Shown: one piece after another, positions 8,152-16,637 of the stretch
How the letters are laid out: each line of letters begins with the position of its first letter
Position numbering within the stretch: position 1 is the stretch's first letter
Virus record (IMG/VR): IMGVR_UViG_3300035180_001778
Span: 248,001 to 312,000 of that record
Strand: one strand, 5' to 3'
Length of the DNA: 64,000 bases
Notes under the pieces: model-generated
What the model saw: the letters and a program-made list of their open reading frames with translations, nothing else
What the model was told of the DNA's origin: nothing
The model's database searches: none
Position numbers and translations under genes: made by a program

Positions 8152-8688
8152 CTACTCCTGGTCCGGCGAGTCACCCGAGCCAGGGCCGGGACCGGGATCG
8201 ACCGGCGGAGGGAGCATATCCCCACTGGTGCCTCCCTTGTCGGAGTCGTTCTGGCTCACCGGGCACTTGGGGGTCGGGGGTTCGAGCTTGAACTTCTCCT
8301 CGCAGATGACGGACTGAACGTCCTTGATCAGAGGGTTCTGGCTCTTCAGCATCTCGATGAACTTCTTCTTGGCGATCTGGAGCGCCAAGCCCCGGGCAGC
8401 CTCGAAGTTGGTCGGCGAGAAGAACCCGCTGTAGACGTCCTTCATGACGAGGTCGATGAACCCGCTCTTGACGGGAATGGACCCATCGGGGTTCTTGAGC
8501 GACATCACGTCACCTTCGCACTTGAAGGTGTAAGCGTGAGCCTCTCCATCGGTGTTCTTGACCCAGTCCTGATAGTTCTTCGAGACGACGTCGGCGTCTC
8601 CAACGCTGCATCCCTCTCCAACGACGCAGCCCTCCAGGGAGAAGGACGACGAGAGGAGGGCGATGAGGGCGATGATTTTACGGAGCAT
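8152..8688 (-). CDS. putative lipoprotein
   Basis: Hydrophobic N-terminus with LEGC lipobox-like motif; Pro/Gly tail. Confidence 0.55.
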   Translation of the reverse strand: MLRKIIALIALLSSSFSLEGCVVGEGCSVGDADVVSKNYQDWVKNTDGEAHAYTFKCEGDVMSLKNPDGSIPVKSGFIDLVMKDVYSGFFSPTNFEAARGLALQIAKKKFIEMLKSQNPLIKDVQSVICEEKFKLEPPTPKCPVSQNDSDKGGTSGDMLPPPVDPGPGPGSGDSPDQE

Positions 8689-8730
8689 ACGTGCTTTTCT
8701 ATTCCATTCTGGGAGCGCGATAAACGCTCC

Positions 8731-8804
8731 GGCATCCCCGGTAGGAGTCGAACCTACCTATCAGGTTTCGTAGACCTGTGCCTCATCCGCTAGGCTATGG
8801 GGAC
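8731..8804 (-). tRNA. tRNA-Arg(ACG)
   Basis: Loop CT-ACG-AA. Confidence 0.9.
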
Positions 8805-8836
8805 ATGTGCCCTCCGAGAAGGAGGGGTTTTCGACC

Positions 8837-9136
8837 CTACTTGGGGTCGAGGACGCTGTTCACGATGCGGAGCCGACCACTGGCCGATCCAACATTGTGA
8901 AGAAGCTCGGAGTTCTCAGGAGTTGTTGCCGGTCCCAAACGAATGGGCTGCAACGACTTCTTGATGTTCGTGAGCCGGATCTTCCAGCGCACATCGAAGT
9001 CTCGACCCTCGGCGAAGTAGCCGATGCTGAGCTTCACCGGGTCGTCATCCCCAAGAACAGGTTTCCCCGTCTCACGGACGTGAGACGGGGAAACCTGAAC
9101 CATCTGCAAGAAATCCTCATACTCATGGAGTGCCAT
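8837..9136 (-). CDS. hypothetical protein
   Basis: ORF in tRNA spacer. Confidence 0.4.
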   Translation of the reverse strand: MALHEYEDFLQMVQVSPSHVRETGKPVLGDDDPVKLSIGYFAEGRDFDVRWKIRLTNIKKSLQPIRLGPATTPENSELLHNVGSASGRLRIVNSVLDPK

Positions 9137-9252
9137 TCTCTAGGCACCCCACAAGAAGATTAAGACCTAGCTGGTAGGGAGGAAAGCCTCGACTCCTACC
9201 CTCTTCCTTCGCGCGTTGTAGAGGCACCGCGCGAAGCACCCAGCTCTGTCAG

Positions 9253-9325
9253 TGTGCCTGACGGGGATCGAACCCGCCTTAGTTGATTCACAGTCAACCA
9301 TCATCACCAGATGACAACAGGCACC
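9253..9325 (-). tRNA. tRNA-His(GTG)
   Basis: GTTGA-CTGTGAA-TCAAC, encoded G-1. Confidence 0.85.
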
Positions 9326-9429
9326 ACGATACTCGGACCAAAAGAGAAGTTCGTACCCTCCTACCCCCAGTCTTGTCGAGGGAACAAGGATAGGAGAGTA
9401 CGAACAGGACCACTGCCAGATGGTATCCT

Positions 9430-9568
9430 TAGAGGGGTATCTTGGAGTCGAACCAAGTACTTGTAAGAACCACTGTTTTGCCCCGTTTTTGACGGGGCGA
9501 GGTGTGGTACTGGGAGCTTTCGCTCCTGCGTGGAAGGCAGGTGAGGAACCGATCCTCTGTAATACCCC
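9430..9568 (-). ncRNA. Y-like RNA 5: tRNA body (TCC loop) with about 65-nt module in the variable arm
   Basis: Full cloverleaf plus ACCAC-ACCTC-stem-GTGGT-TCTTACA module. Confidence 0.75.
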
Positions 9569-9576
9569 GAGATTTA

Positions 9577-9696
9577 AGGCGTCCGAGGTGCGGCCCTGGG
9601 ACTGTGCAAGAGCGAGTTTCGAATTCGCCCCATCGGTGCTAAACCGATTGCCCACCAAGGACAATCTTGCGTGTAAGAGCCGCGAATTGAACGCCT
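9577..9696 (-). ncRNA. Y-like RNA 4: module forms the ends, tRNA domain joined via acceptor stem
   Basis: AGGCGTTC/GGACGCCT and GCGGCTC/GGGCCGC stems, ACCTC and CTTACA motifs, internal D/anticodon/T arms. Confidence 0.7.
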
Positions 9697-9829
9697 AGTG
9701 CCAAACCGTGGAGTCGAACCACGCTTGCTTGTATGAGCCTCAGTTTTCCTCCACATGGGAGGAGAGAAGAGACACAGGGGATTTTGGTTTCCTTATGTGG
9801 GAAGTGGCCGCCCCGCGGCCTTGTTTGGC
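9696..9829 (-). ncRNA. Y-like RNA 3: tRNA body (CAT loop) with module in the variable arm
   Basis: Acceptor GCCAAAC/GTTTGGC; GTCTC-TTCTCTC-stem-GAGGC-TCATACA. Confidence 0.7.
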
Positions 9830-9862
9830 GTTTGCCGGCCCATGCCGGTCTTGAAAGATTTC

Positions 9863-10003
9863 CCCGTTCCCGAGAGAAGAGACCTGGATTTCTGATCGTT
9901 TTTCGGACGATTGCCTTACCGATAGGCTACAGACCCAGTTGTTGGCGGGTTTGGCAAGAGTTGAACTTGCTTGCGTGTAAGGTCTCGTTCGAGAGGGAAC
10001 GAG
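9863..10003 (-). ncRNA. Y-like RNA 2: circularly permuted tRNA (YrlA-type order)
   Basis: Terminal stem, T arm, acceptor 3' strand with GCCA, loop, acceptor 5' strand, D arm, anticodon arm, terminal stem. Confidence 0.8.
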
Positions 10004-10141
10004 TAGTGGGCCACCCTGGAGTCGAACCAGTGACTTGTAAGAACAACTATTTGTCCAGTTCACACGGGACGAGGTGTTGTACTGAGGAGCTTGCGCTCCC
10101 GCTCCGATTGCGGGTGGGGGACCGACCCCCTGTGATGGCAC
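10004..10141 (-). ncRNA. Y-like RNA 1: tRNA body with module in the variable arm
   Basis: Paralog of 9430-9568 with compensatory change ACAAC/GTTGT vs ACCAC/GTGGT. Confidence 0.75.
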
Positions 10142-10226
10142 AGATGACCGTTTGAGACGGTCTCGTTTCGCTTCTATCTAGTACACCATCTCTCCGAGTT
10201 ACGAGATGGTTTTTTCAGATTTCTCT

Positions 10227-10805
10227 CTAGAGGTGCAATGTAGTGCCGTACGGCGCGACGTTGTACCCGATCTTGCGCCCCTTGAGGAAGAACTCCTGGA
10301 CGGCACGAGCGAGATAGGCTGAGGTGAGGGCGATAAACGGCAAGTGCTCGCCGTTTTCGCAGGTTGCTGCCCCAGCTCCGGGCTCATCGTCGATGGTGAA
10401 GTCGTGATCCCACCGAACGAGTCCGAAGGTGCCGTCTGCCGCCAGTCCCCCGTGGATGCAGGGAGTGTTGGTCCGACGAGCGAAAGCTTGCACAAGCCGG
10501 CGTGCTGCCCCGTTGTCGAGGCAGTCGACGATGAGGTCGGCTCCCGAGAGGAGCTGCTTCTCATTGTCGGACGTGAGCTTGTGCGGGATGGTCTCGATCT
10601 TCGTCCCGAAGAAGAAGTTCATCGCCTGCTTCAGCGACTCGACCTTGGCCTTGCCCACGGAAGGCTTCCCGTGGAACTGGCTGAGTACGTTCTTCTGCTC
10701 GACGCGGTCGAAGTCGATCACCTTGAGGTTCACCCCGGTGCTCCGGAGGAACTGTGCAACGTGGGAGCCGAGCGCGCCGACCCCCACAATGGTCACGGTC
10801 TTCAT
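10227..10805 (-). CDS. ThiF/E1-like adenylyltransferase
   Basis: GVGALGS, IDFDRVE, DCLDN..AR, candidate catalytic Cys in ATCE. Confidence 0.9.
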   Translation of the reverse strand: MKTVTIVGVGALGSHVAQFLRSTGVNLKVIDFDRVEQKNVLSQFHGKPSVGKAKVESLKQAMNFFFGTKIETIPHKLTSDNEKQLLSGADLIVDCLDNGAARRLVQAFARRTNTPCIHGGLAADGTFGLVRWDHDFTIDDEPGAGAATCENGEHLPFIALTSAYLARAVQEFFLKGRKIGYNVAPYGTTLHL

Positions 10806-11185
10806 AGTGTTGCTCCGAAGCCGATCCAGTCCCCAAACAACCCCTGCTCGCGGACTGTGCGGACGGTTTCTGCGAACTTGAGCCACGCCTCCCAGGGCAT
10901 GTCCCTCCGCATATAGTTACACCTGATGCAGGCCGGAACGACGTTCGCCTTCGTGTGACCAAGAGCGTTATCCACGCGATCCAGGGTCATCTTGAGCTTG
11001 GTCTCGCCGCAGTACTGGCACCCCAAAGCGAGGAGGTCTTGGACGAAAGAGAGATCGAGATCCGAGATGAACCCGTGCCTCTTGTCCCTCTTCTTGGAGT
11101 CCTCCAAGACCCAACGGGAGCGTGTTGTGGGGTCTCTCCGAAGAGCTTTCCGGCGATCTTCCCGGACGCGCCAGTTATCAGGCAT
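10802..11185 (-). CDS. HNH endonuclease inserted in the operon
   Basis: CQYCG, LDRVDNALGHTKANVVPACIRCN. Confidence 0.85.
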   Translation of the reverse strand: MPDNWRVREDRRKALRRDPTTRSRWVLEDSKKRDKRHGFISDLDLSFVQDLLALGCQYCGETKLKMTLDRVDNALGHTKANVVPACIRCNYMRRDMPWEAWLKFAETVRTVREQGLFGDWIGFGATL

Positions 11186-11224
11186 GATCCGTGGAGGTTA
11201 CCACAGATCCGCCCCTGCTGACAA

Positions 11225-11515
11225 TCACTTCGTCAGCGGTCGCTGAGACCAGATAACAACAACGGCAACCGTCTTCTGGAAGGGCTTGCCATCAGCATCG
11301 AGATCAGATTCCTGCCCCACATGCACGAGCTTTCCACTGTGCGTGGTCAGATAGTGGTTGACGTGATCCTGCCACTGATTTGGCCCGGTGAAGCGATAGT
11401 GGTTGACGTGATCCTGCCACTGATTTGGCCCGGTGAAGCTGAAGTCCCACCCACATGTACAGCTTCCGCCGAGCACGTCGCTGTCGATACGAACGACTTC
11501 CTGAATCTTACCCAT
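11225..11515 (-). CDS. hypothetical protein with in-frame 15-aa duplication
   Basis: ORF; FTGPNQWQDHVNHY occurs twice. Confidence 0.55.
   Translation of the reverse strand: MGKIQEVVRIDSDVLGGSCTCGWDFSFTGPNQWQDHVNHYRFTGPNQWQDHVNHYLTTHSGKLVHVGQESDLDADGKPFQKTVAVVVIWSQRPLTK
11350..11439. repeat. perfect 45-bp tandem duplication
   Basis: gatagtggttg...gtgaagc x2. Confidence 0.95.
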
Positions 11516-11522
11516 GGCTGCC

Positions 11523-11789
11523 TCAGTCGACGTCTCCGAAGGGGGTCTTCGGCCGGACGCTGATCCGGTTGTGGAGGTCCCCCGTGGCCGGGAAGCGGTC
11601 GATGACGAAGTCGGTGAAGTCGGCGTTCCCCATCGCGGGGATCCCGGGGACGCCGCCGTTGCGGATGGCCTCGGTCACCCAGGCGCGAATCTGGGTGTCG
11701 GTCGAGTCGTACAGGACCGTATCCGGGAGGTCCCCCTGGTTGCCGGAGTAGGTGATGTTGACTCGGGCCTCTTGTGCTGCGATGACCAT
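11523..11789 (-). CDS. ubiquitin-like protein (putative)
   Basis: 88 aa, beta-grasp-compatible pattern, ends RPKTPFG-DVD, between JAB and ThiF, AGGAG RBS. Confidence 0.65.
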   Translation of the reverse strand: MVIAAQEARVNITYSGNQGDLPDTVLYDSTDTQIRAWVTEAIRNGGVPGIPAMGNADFTDFVIDRFPATGDLHNRISVRPKTPFGDVD

Positions 11790-11836
11790 GGCTGGTCTCC
11801 TTTCATTCGATGTTGGGGGTCTAGTACACCGGACCC

Positions 11837-12244
11837 TCAAGACGGGGTTGGAAACCCGGAGCGAATCCTCAGCTCACGGACCCAAGGGATCAGAGGAACC
11901 TCTGAGAGCAGGTCCACACAGGCCAAGCTCACAGTGTATCTGGGGGCTTGGTGCTCCTTTTCCCGGAGACACAAGACCAGCGAATCCCCCGAAGAGATCC
12001 ACCATTCGAGATGCCGACCCAATCCACGTTCAATCGCGTCGAACGTGGTGATATCCTCACGGCTCGGACCCAGCTTCCCGTATCCGGGGTGGGTGTGAGC
12101 TATGCCCCGGAGCCGAGCGCGGTTCTCCCAGATCACATCCCAGAGGGGACGGCTATCCGGGATAGCTCCGCCAGAACGGTCGTTCGGCATGTGCCAGTAG
12201 AAGGGTTGACCGTCGAGGTCAAGGAGAACGGCTGCTTCCTTCAT
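11837..12244 (-). CDS. JAB/MPN metalloprotease
   Basis: N-terminal Glu and HTHP-x6-S-x2-D (HxH..S..D) motif. Confidence 0.9.
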   Translation of the reverse strand: MKEAAVLLDLDGQPFYWHMPNDRSGGAIPDSRPLWDVIWENRARLRGIAHTHPGYGKLGPSREDITTFDAIERGLGRHLEWWISSGDSLVLCLREKEHQAPRYTVSLACVDLLSEVPLIPWVRELRIRSGFPTPS

Positions 12245-12246
12245 GG

Positions 12247-12432
12247 TCAACCCTTGCAGGACTTCTTGTGCTTGTACCAGACGAAGGCCGCGTCGCCGAT
12301 CCCGGCTTGCGCTGCCCACTGCTTGAGCGACAGGCCTTGAGGGAGACCTTCAGCTCGCCAGCGACGCTTCAGATCGTTGCGCCACTTGCGACACACACCG
12401 TTCTCGTATCCCTCTTGGCTAGTCGTCGTCAT
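12247..12432 (-). CDS. small basic hypothetical protein
   Basis: Fills operon gap; start uncertain. Confidence 0.4.
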   Translation of the reverse strand: MTTTSQEGYENGVCRKWRNDLKRRWRAEGLPQGLSLKQWAAQAGIGDAAFVWYKHKKSCKG

Positions 12433-13390
12433 CATCGTCGTCCCTATCGTCCCCAACGTGTCGGAAGACCACGAGCTTCCGCTCACGGTCCGCTTGTCCG
12501 ATTACACCAGGCAGCGATTCGAGGGTGAAGTATGCATCGCCTTTCTCCCCCGTTGCATGGTCGTTGAGGCAAATCCCGGAATCGATGATCCGAAGCGTAC
12601 GGGCATCGCACGTACACTCGAACTGCCGGTGCATGAACCGGAAGGTGACGACCATTTCTCCGCGAGACGTGGATGTTCTGTGGTCGAGGTAGGTCGCACC
12701 ACCTACCGCCAGGGAGGCCCGAGCAGCCTCGCCGAAGTCCACCACAGCCATTGCCCGCCGACCGGCTGCATCTCCGAGCTGAGTACGAATCTGCTCTCGG
12801 CGTTCCTCAAGCTGACGTCGTTCTTCTTCCTCGCGGAGCTGCTTGGCGATCTCTTCGCGGCGCTTTTGGGCTTCGAGTGTCCGCCACATTTCCATGCGGA
12901 AGGCAGCATCGAGAGCCGGAGCCACACCCTTCACCGCATCGAGTGAAGGGGTGCGGTTGTAGTAAGCCTGGAGAACGTCTCCCTCGGGACCGAGGGGCAT
13001 CTCTTGTCCCCCGTAGATGAGGGGCCCATCTTCGTAGAAGGCTCCGACCTGGACACGGGCGAACCGATCCAGGCCGGGCTCCACAAGATGTACGGGCTTT
13101 GCGTAGTCGCAGATCCTCGCCGGGTCCGGGTCGACACGGACATTGTCCGGAACGATCCAGTCTCCGACGAGATACCCGCGAACCTGTTGTCGAAGGAGCC
13201 CAGCGGTGGCTTCCGCCGGGCCTTTGAGCTTGGCCTTCCGTCCAGTCAAACCGAACGTGTACCACCCATGCTCCCTCGGAAGAGGGCCATCGAGAGTCCA
13301 CGATCGTTCAGCTTGACGAAGGACCCTACCCCCGATCCAAGGAAGGACGATCGTCTCGTCCTTCCCCTGGAGAAGATCCTTCCAGCCCAT
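12419..13390 (-). CDS. coiled-coil protein with C-terminal E2-like domain (putative)
   Basis: IIDSGICL...TLESLPGVI resembles the UBC active-site region; operon context. Confidence 0.5.
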   Translation of the reverse strand: MGWKDLLQGKDETIVLPWIGGRVLRQAERSWTLDGPLPREHGWYTFGLTGRKAKLKGPAEATAGLLRQQVRGYLVGDWIVPDNVRVDPDPARICDYAKPVHLVEPGLDRFARVQVGAFYEDGPLIYGGQEMPLGPEGDVLQAYYNRTPSLDAVKGVAPALDAAFRMEMWRTLEAQKRREEIAKQLREEEERRQLEERREQIRTQLGDAAGRRAMAVVDFGEAARASLAVGGATYLDHRTSTSRGEMVVTFRFMHRQFECTCDARTLRIIDSGICLNDHATGEKGDAYFTLESLPGVIGQADRERKLVVFRHVGDDRDDDDDDD

Positions 13391-13395
13391 TCAGC

Positions 13396-15285
13396 TCACG
13401 CAGCCCATGCCGGCTTCACCAAGAGCGGGGTCTTGATGATGGTGTCGACGAGGGTCACACGAGGAGCAGCGTTCACGACACCCGCCGTCTTGCCGACCGG
13501 AGTCGACGCCACGAGGGCCGCGAGCATCCGAGGAATCGCGTAGGGATCCGCGAATACCTTCGGGTCGATATCGAAGCAGGGGATACCCAGCCGAACGGCC
13601 GTATCCCTGACGATGCTGCCGTTGTCCTTCACCTTGACGAGGCCGAATGCCGACGGGTTGCCGATGTAGCGAACCATCGGTTCGAAGGTGCCATGCTCCC
13701 CCTCGTCTCCGACGAAGATGAAGAGAGCATCCTCACCCGGCTTGGGCTTGTGAGCCGAGAGGCTCATGATGCCCGCCGAGTGAGAGGTTCCACCTCCCGC
13801 CATGATGCCGCGGAAGGCGTTCGTCACTCCAGCCGCCGAAGCGTGCTGGATCTTGATCTCGCGACCCGCGGTGTTGAAGACCGCGACGTGCAGGCGATCC
13901 AGGGGGAATGCCTGGAGGAACTTCGCGAGGAGGTCCTTGGCAGCCTCGATCGCGCCCTCCATCGAGCCCGAGATGTCCACGAAGACGTAGATGCGCTGGT
14001 CCTTGAGGGACACTTCCACCGCCTTCTGCAAGGCGACGTCAGCGACCTGAACCAGGGCTTCCTTGACCTCCCGGGACTTCACCCGGGTGGCGATGTTGGC
14101 GGCCCGCATGTCGAGAGCACCCTTGCCGGCCCGCTCCCACCGCTCGCGGATGTCCTGTACATTGAGAAGACCGAGGTCTTCCAGCGTCGGAGTCGCGATG
14201 ATGAGGTCCTTGTCGGACATGGCGCCCGCTTCGATGGCCGAAGCGACGATGGCCCTCGTGAGGCCGACCGAGCTGGGGACCATCCCGACGATGCGCTTCC
14301 AGTTCTGCTTCTCCTTCGAGATGCGCTGGCAGATGGTCGCCTCGTCGAGGCCCTCCCACGAATCCGCCGCCTTGACCTCCAGGCCGATGGCCACCGTGCG
14401 ACGGCCATCCTTTGCCTGAGCCTGCTTCCAGCGGAGGAGCTGGAAGAACTGGGGCGTCACCGGCTTGTAGCCGGTGAACTTGACGAGCTTCGCGACGGTC
14501 GTCTTGAAGCCGTTGGAGATGAGGCCCGCGAAGACCTTCGGGTTCTCCTCACGGTAGCGGAGCCACTTGGTGACCACCGACGTCCACCGACCGAGGAACG
14601 GCCGGCGAGCCGACTTGCCGAAGCCCAGCTCGCGGTTGATGTCCGCGATGCCCGGGACCGTCAGGAGCGTGTGTATACGGACGAGCTGCTTCGCATCGAG
14701 GTCAGGCTTGTCCTTCACACCCTTCACCGGCTTGGTCGAGATGAGCATCATCGCCTCGCCGATGTCCCTGAAGTCGTCGTCGAAGAAGGCGACCTTCCCC
14801 GCGTCGAGGACCGGGTCTCCCTTGCGGGACTGGACGAGCATGAAGGCCGCCATGACGACCTTGAAGTCACGGTGACCCTGCGTGAACGCGTAGGATGCCC
14901 AGTGGGCCGCGAACTCGTTGTCGAGCTTCCAGACCTCGGCGACCTGTCGGTACAGGTAGACCGCGACCTCGGGGAAGATCCCCGGTGCCCGATACTCGCC
15001 GACGATCCGGCCCGCTGCGTCCTTGACCTGGTTGGTATCGGTCATGACCCCGAGCAGGGTCCGCACGTTCTTGGTGCCGTTCTTGGAGAGCGCGTAGACG
15101 TTCTTGACCGTCTGATCGCTGTCCTTGACCTTCTCGACCTTGTGGGTGACGAAGACCCACTTGACGCCGAGCGGCGAGGAGGGGTCCTTCGAGACCATGC
15201 CAGGGCGACCGTGAAAGACGTGATCGACGAATGCGAGGCTGGCCGCGATGATTCGCTCTGCCGGGCCGAGGTTGCTTTGTTCCAC
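13396..15285 (-). CDS. TROVE/Ro60-like helical protein with C-terminal vWA domain
   Basis: MIDAS VDISGSM, GGGTS, VGDEGE; long helical N-terminus with LDNEFAAHWASYA; start uncertain (up to 15348). Confidence 0.7.
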   Translation of the reverse strand: MEQSNLGPAERIIAASLAFVDHVFHGRPGMVSKDPSSPLGVKWVFVTHKVEKVKDSDQTVKNVYALSKNGTKNVRTLLGVMTDTNQVKDAAGRIVGEYRAPGIFPEVAVYLYRQVAEVWKLDNEFAAHWASYAFTQGHRDFKVVMAAFMLVQSRKGDPVLDAGKVAFFDDDFRDIGEAMMLISTKPVKGVKDKPDLDAKQLVRIHTLLTVPGIADINRELGFGKSARRPFLGRWTSVVTKWLRYREENPKVFAGLISNGFKTTVAKLVKFTGYKPVTPQFFQLLRWKQAQAKDGRRTVAIGLEVKAADSWEGLDEATICQRISKEKQNWKRIVGMVPSSVGLTRAIVASAIEAGAMSDKDLIIATPTLEDLGLLNVQDIRERWERAGKGALDMRAANIATRVKSREVKEALVQVADVALQKAVEVSLKDQRIYVFVDISGSMEGAIEAAKDLLAKFLQAFPLDRLHVAVFNTAGREIKIQHASAAGVTNAFRGIMAGGGTSHSAGIMSLSAHKPKPGEDALFIFVGDEGEHGTFEPMVRYIGNPSAFGLVKVKDNGSIVRDTAVRLGIPCFDIDPKVFADPYAIPRMLAALVASTPVGKTAGVVNAAPRVTLVDTIIKTPLLVKPAWAA

Positions 15286-15417
15286 AGCGATTCCATCCCA
15301 GCTCTCGCAGAAGAGCTGCATTGTGCGTGTGCAGTGCCGAAGGAACACGAGGAGTCCCCGAGCTTCTGCGAGCTGGAGACTCCGTGTGCTGGAAGGGCGT
15401 GCCTTCCTTGTCCTTCT

Positions 15418-15494
15418 TGGTCGGGATGACAGGATTTGAACCTGTGACCGCGATCCTCCAAAGATCGTGCCTTACCTGACTAGACTACATCCCG
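15418..15494 (-). tRNA. tRNA-Pro(TGG)
   Basis: Loop TT-TGG-AG, CCA. Confidence 0.9.
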
Positions 15495-15507
15495 TGAAAC
15501 TTGTGAA

Positions 15508-15584
15508 TGGTCGGGGTGACTGGAGTTGAACCAGCGGTCTCATGCTCCCGAAGCACGCGCTTTACCAGGCTAAGCTACACCCCG
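15508..15584 (-). tRNA. tRNA-Pro(CGG)
   Basis: Loop TT-CGG-GA, CCA. Confidence 0.9.
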
Positions 15585-15605
15585 ATGAATCGTACCCAAA
15601 TTGGC

Positions 15606-15679
15606 GGATGATAGACCTGTCCTTTGGTCGAGAGTCTCCTTGCGAGAGACTGCTGAGAGTCGAACTCAGCACTACATCC
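15606..15679 (-). ncRNA. minimal circularly permuted tRNA-like RNA
   Basis: GGATG/CATCC closing stem, T arm, GCAA-capped acceptor-like stem, D-like arm. Confidence 0.6.
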
Positions 15680-15682
15680 TCG

Positions 15683-15755
15683 TGGGCCCTGTCGGGATCG
15701 AACCGACTTAGCCGGCTTTTCAGACCAGTGCAATCACCAGACTTGCTCAAGACCC
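15683..15755 (-). tRNA. tRNA-Phe(GAA)
   Basis: Loop CT-GAA-AA. Confidence 0.85.
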
Positions 15756-15821
15756 GTGGAACACAACTATGGGCAAGCTCCCAAACGGAGAGGGGAGCTT
15801 GTATTCCATCTCCGTTGTTGT

Positions 15822-15897
15822 GTAGTGCCGAAGGTCGGAATCGAACCGACTACGCTTGGTTTTTCAGGCCAACGCTCTACCATTGAGCTACTCCGGC
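15822..15897 (-). tRNA. tRNA-Phe(GAA)
   Basis: Loop CT-GAA-AA, canonical D arm. Confidence 0.9.
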
Positions 15898-16020
15898 ATG
15901 TTCGCCAAGTCCACTCATCTGTGTCGGGACACAGGGGGTGCTCGGCTGCAATCGAACCAAACTACGCAATCACATGGGAGCAACCCCAAGTGCCCGATGC
16001 GCAGCCCAATTCAACTGTTG

Positions 16021-16094
16021 TGCTCCCAGGGGGAATTGAACCCGTATCCCCAGATTGAAAGTCTAGAAATCCTGAACCATTAGACGAACGGGAC
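16021..16094 (-). tRNA. tRNA-Glu(TTC), imperfect stems
   Basis: Loop CT-TTC-AA. Confidence 0.65.
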
Positions 16095-16223
16095 GAAATT
16101 CGCCCTCCATATCCTTGCGTAGGGGCATGGGAGACTTCCTCCTACTACACGAGAGTAGTCAACTCTCCACTTGTATGAGGCACATCGCAGTCGAAAAGGA
16201 AACTACCCTAACCTCTGCGATAA

Positions 16224-16300
16224 TAGTCGGGATGGAGGGATTTGAACCCCCGATCTTCTGTCCCCCAGACAGACGCTCTACCAAGCTGAGCCACACCCCG
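16224..16300 (-). tRNA. tRNA-Pro(GGG)
   Basis: Loop CT-GGG-GG. Confidence 0.9.
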
Positions 16301-16461
16301 AGAACAATCGAGCGAGTATCTTTCGCTACAAGCTCGACGTCGCCCTCCGCTTTTACACGGAGCACTTCAGGTCCCTTCAAACTCCTTTCGAAGCCTTACA
16401 GGGGCCCACATTTAGGACGCGAACGCATACTTTTTCAACAGATTTCTGCGTACGTATCCCA

Positions 16462-16536
16462 GGAGCGGGAGCAGGATTTGAACCTGCGACCTAGAGGTTA
16501 TGAGCCTCCCGGGCTACCTGACTGCCCTATCCCGCA
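16462..16536 (-). tRNA. tRNA-Met(CAT), initiator-like
   Basis: Loop CT-CAT-AA, 1:72 mismatch, fMet-like D arm. Confidence 0.8.
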
Positions 16537-16537
16537 G

Positions 16538-16609
16538 AGCCCACAGCCGGAATCGAACCGACTTCTCCTCATTACGAAAGAGGCGCCTCACCATTTAGGC
16601 TTTGCGGGC
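16538..16609 (-). tRNA. tRNA-Thr(CGT)
   Basis: Loop TT-CGT-AA. Confidence 0.8.
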
Positions 16610-16637
16610 AATAACCACACGAAAGTTTCTCATGTAG

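Noticed and set aside
9430-10141. Intron-containing tRNAs
   Set aside because: Inserts are in the variable arm, too short for self-splicing introns, and the same module forms the termini in two copies
11350-11439. CRISPR array or DGR template/variable repeat
   Set aside because: Adjacent identical copies with no spacers, no adenine-specific differences, and no cas or RT gene
10227-11789. ThiF/ThiS thiamine or molybdopterin sulfur relay
   Set aside because: No thi/moa genes nearby, the Ubl lacks GG, and JAB, E2-like and vWA neighbours fit conjugation better; a tRNA-thiolation role is not fully excluded
13693-15429. Long antisense ORFs (also 26596-28884, 50661-51986, 52906-54135, 60379-61836)
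   Set aside because: Shadow frames of GC-rich genes whose opposite strand carries the recognisable coding signal
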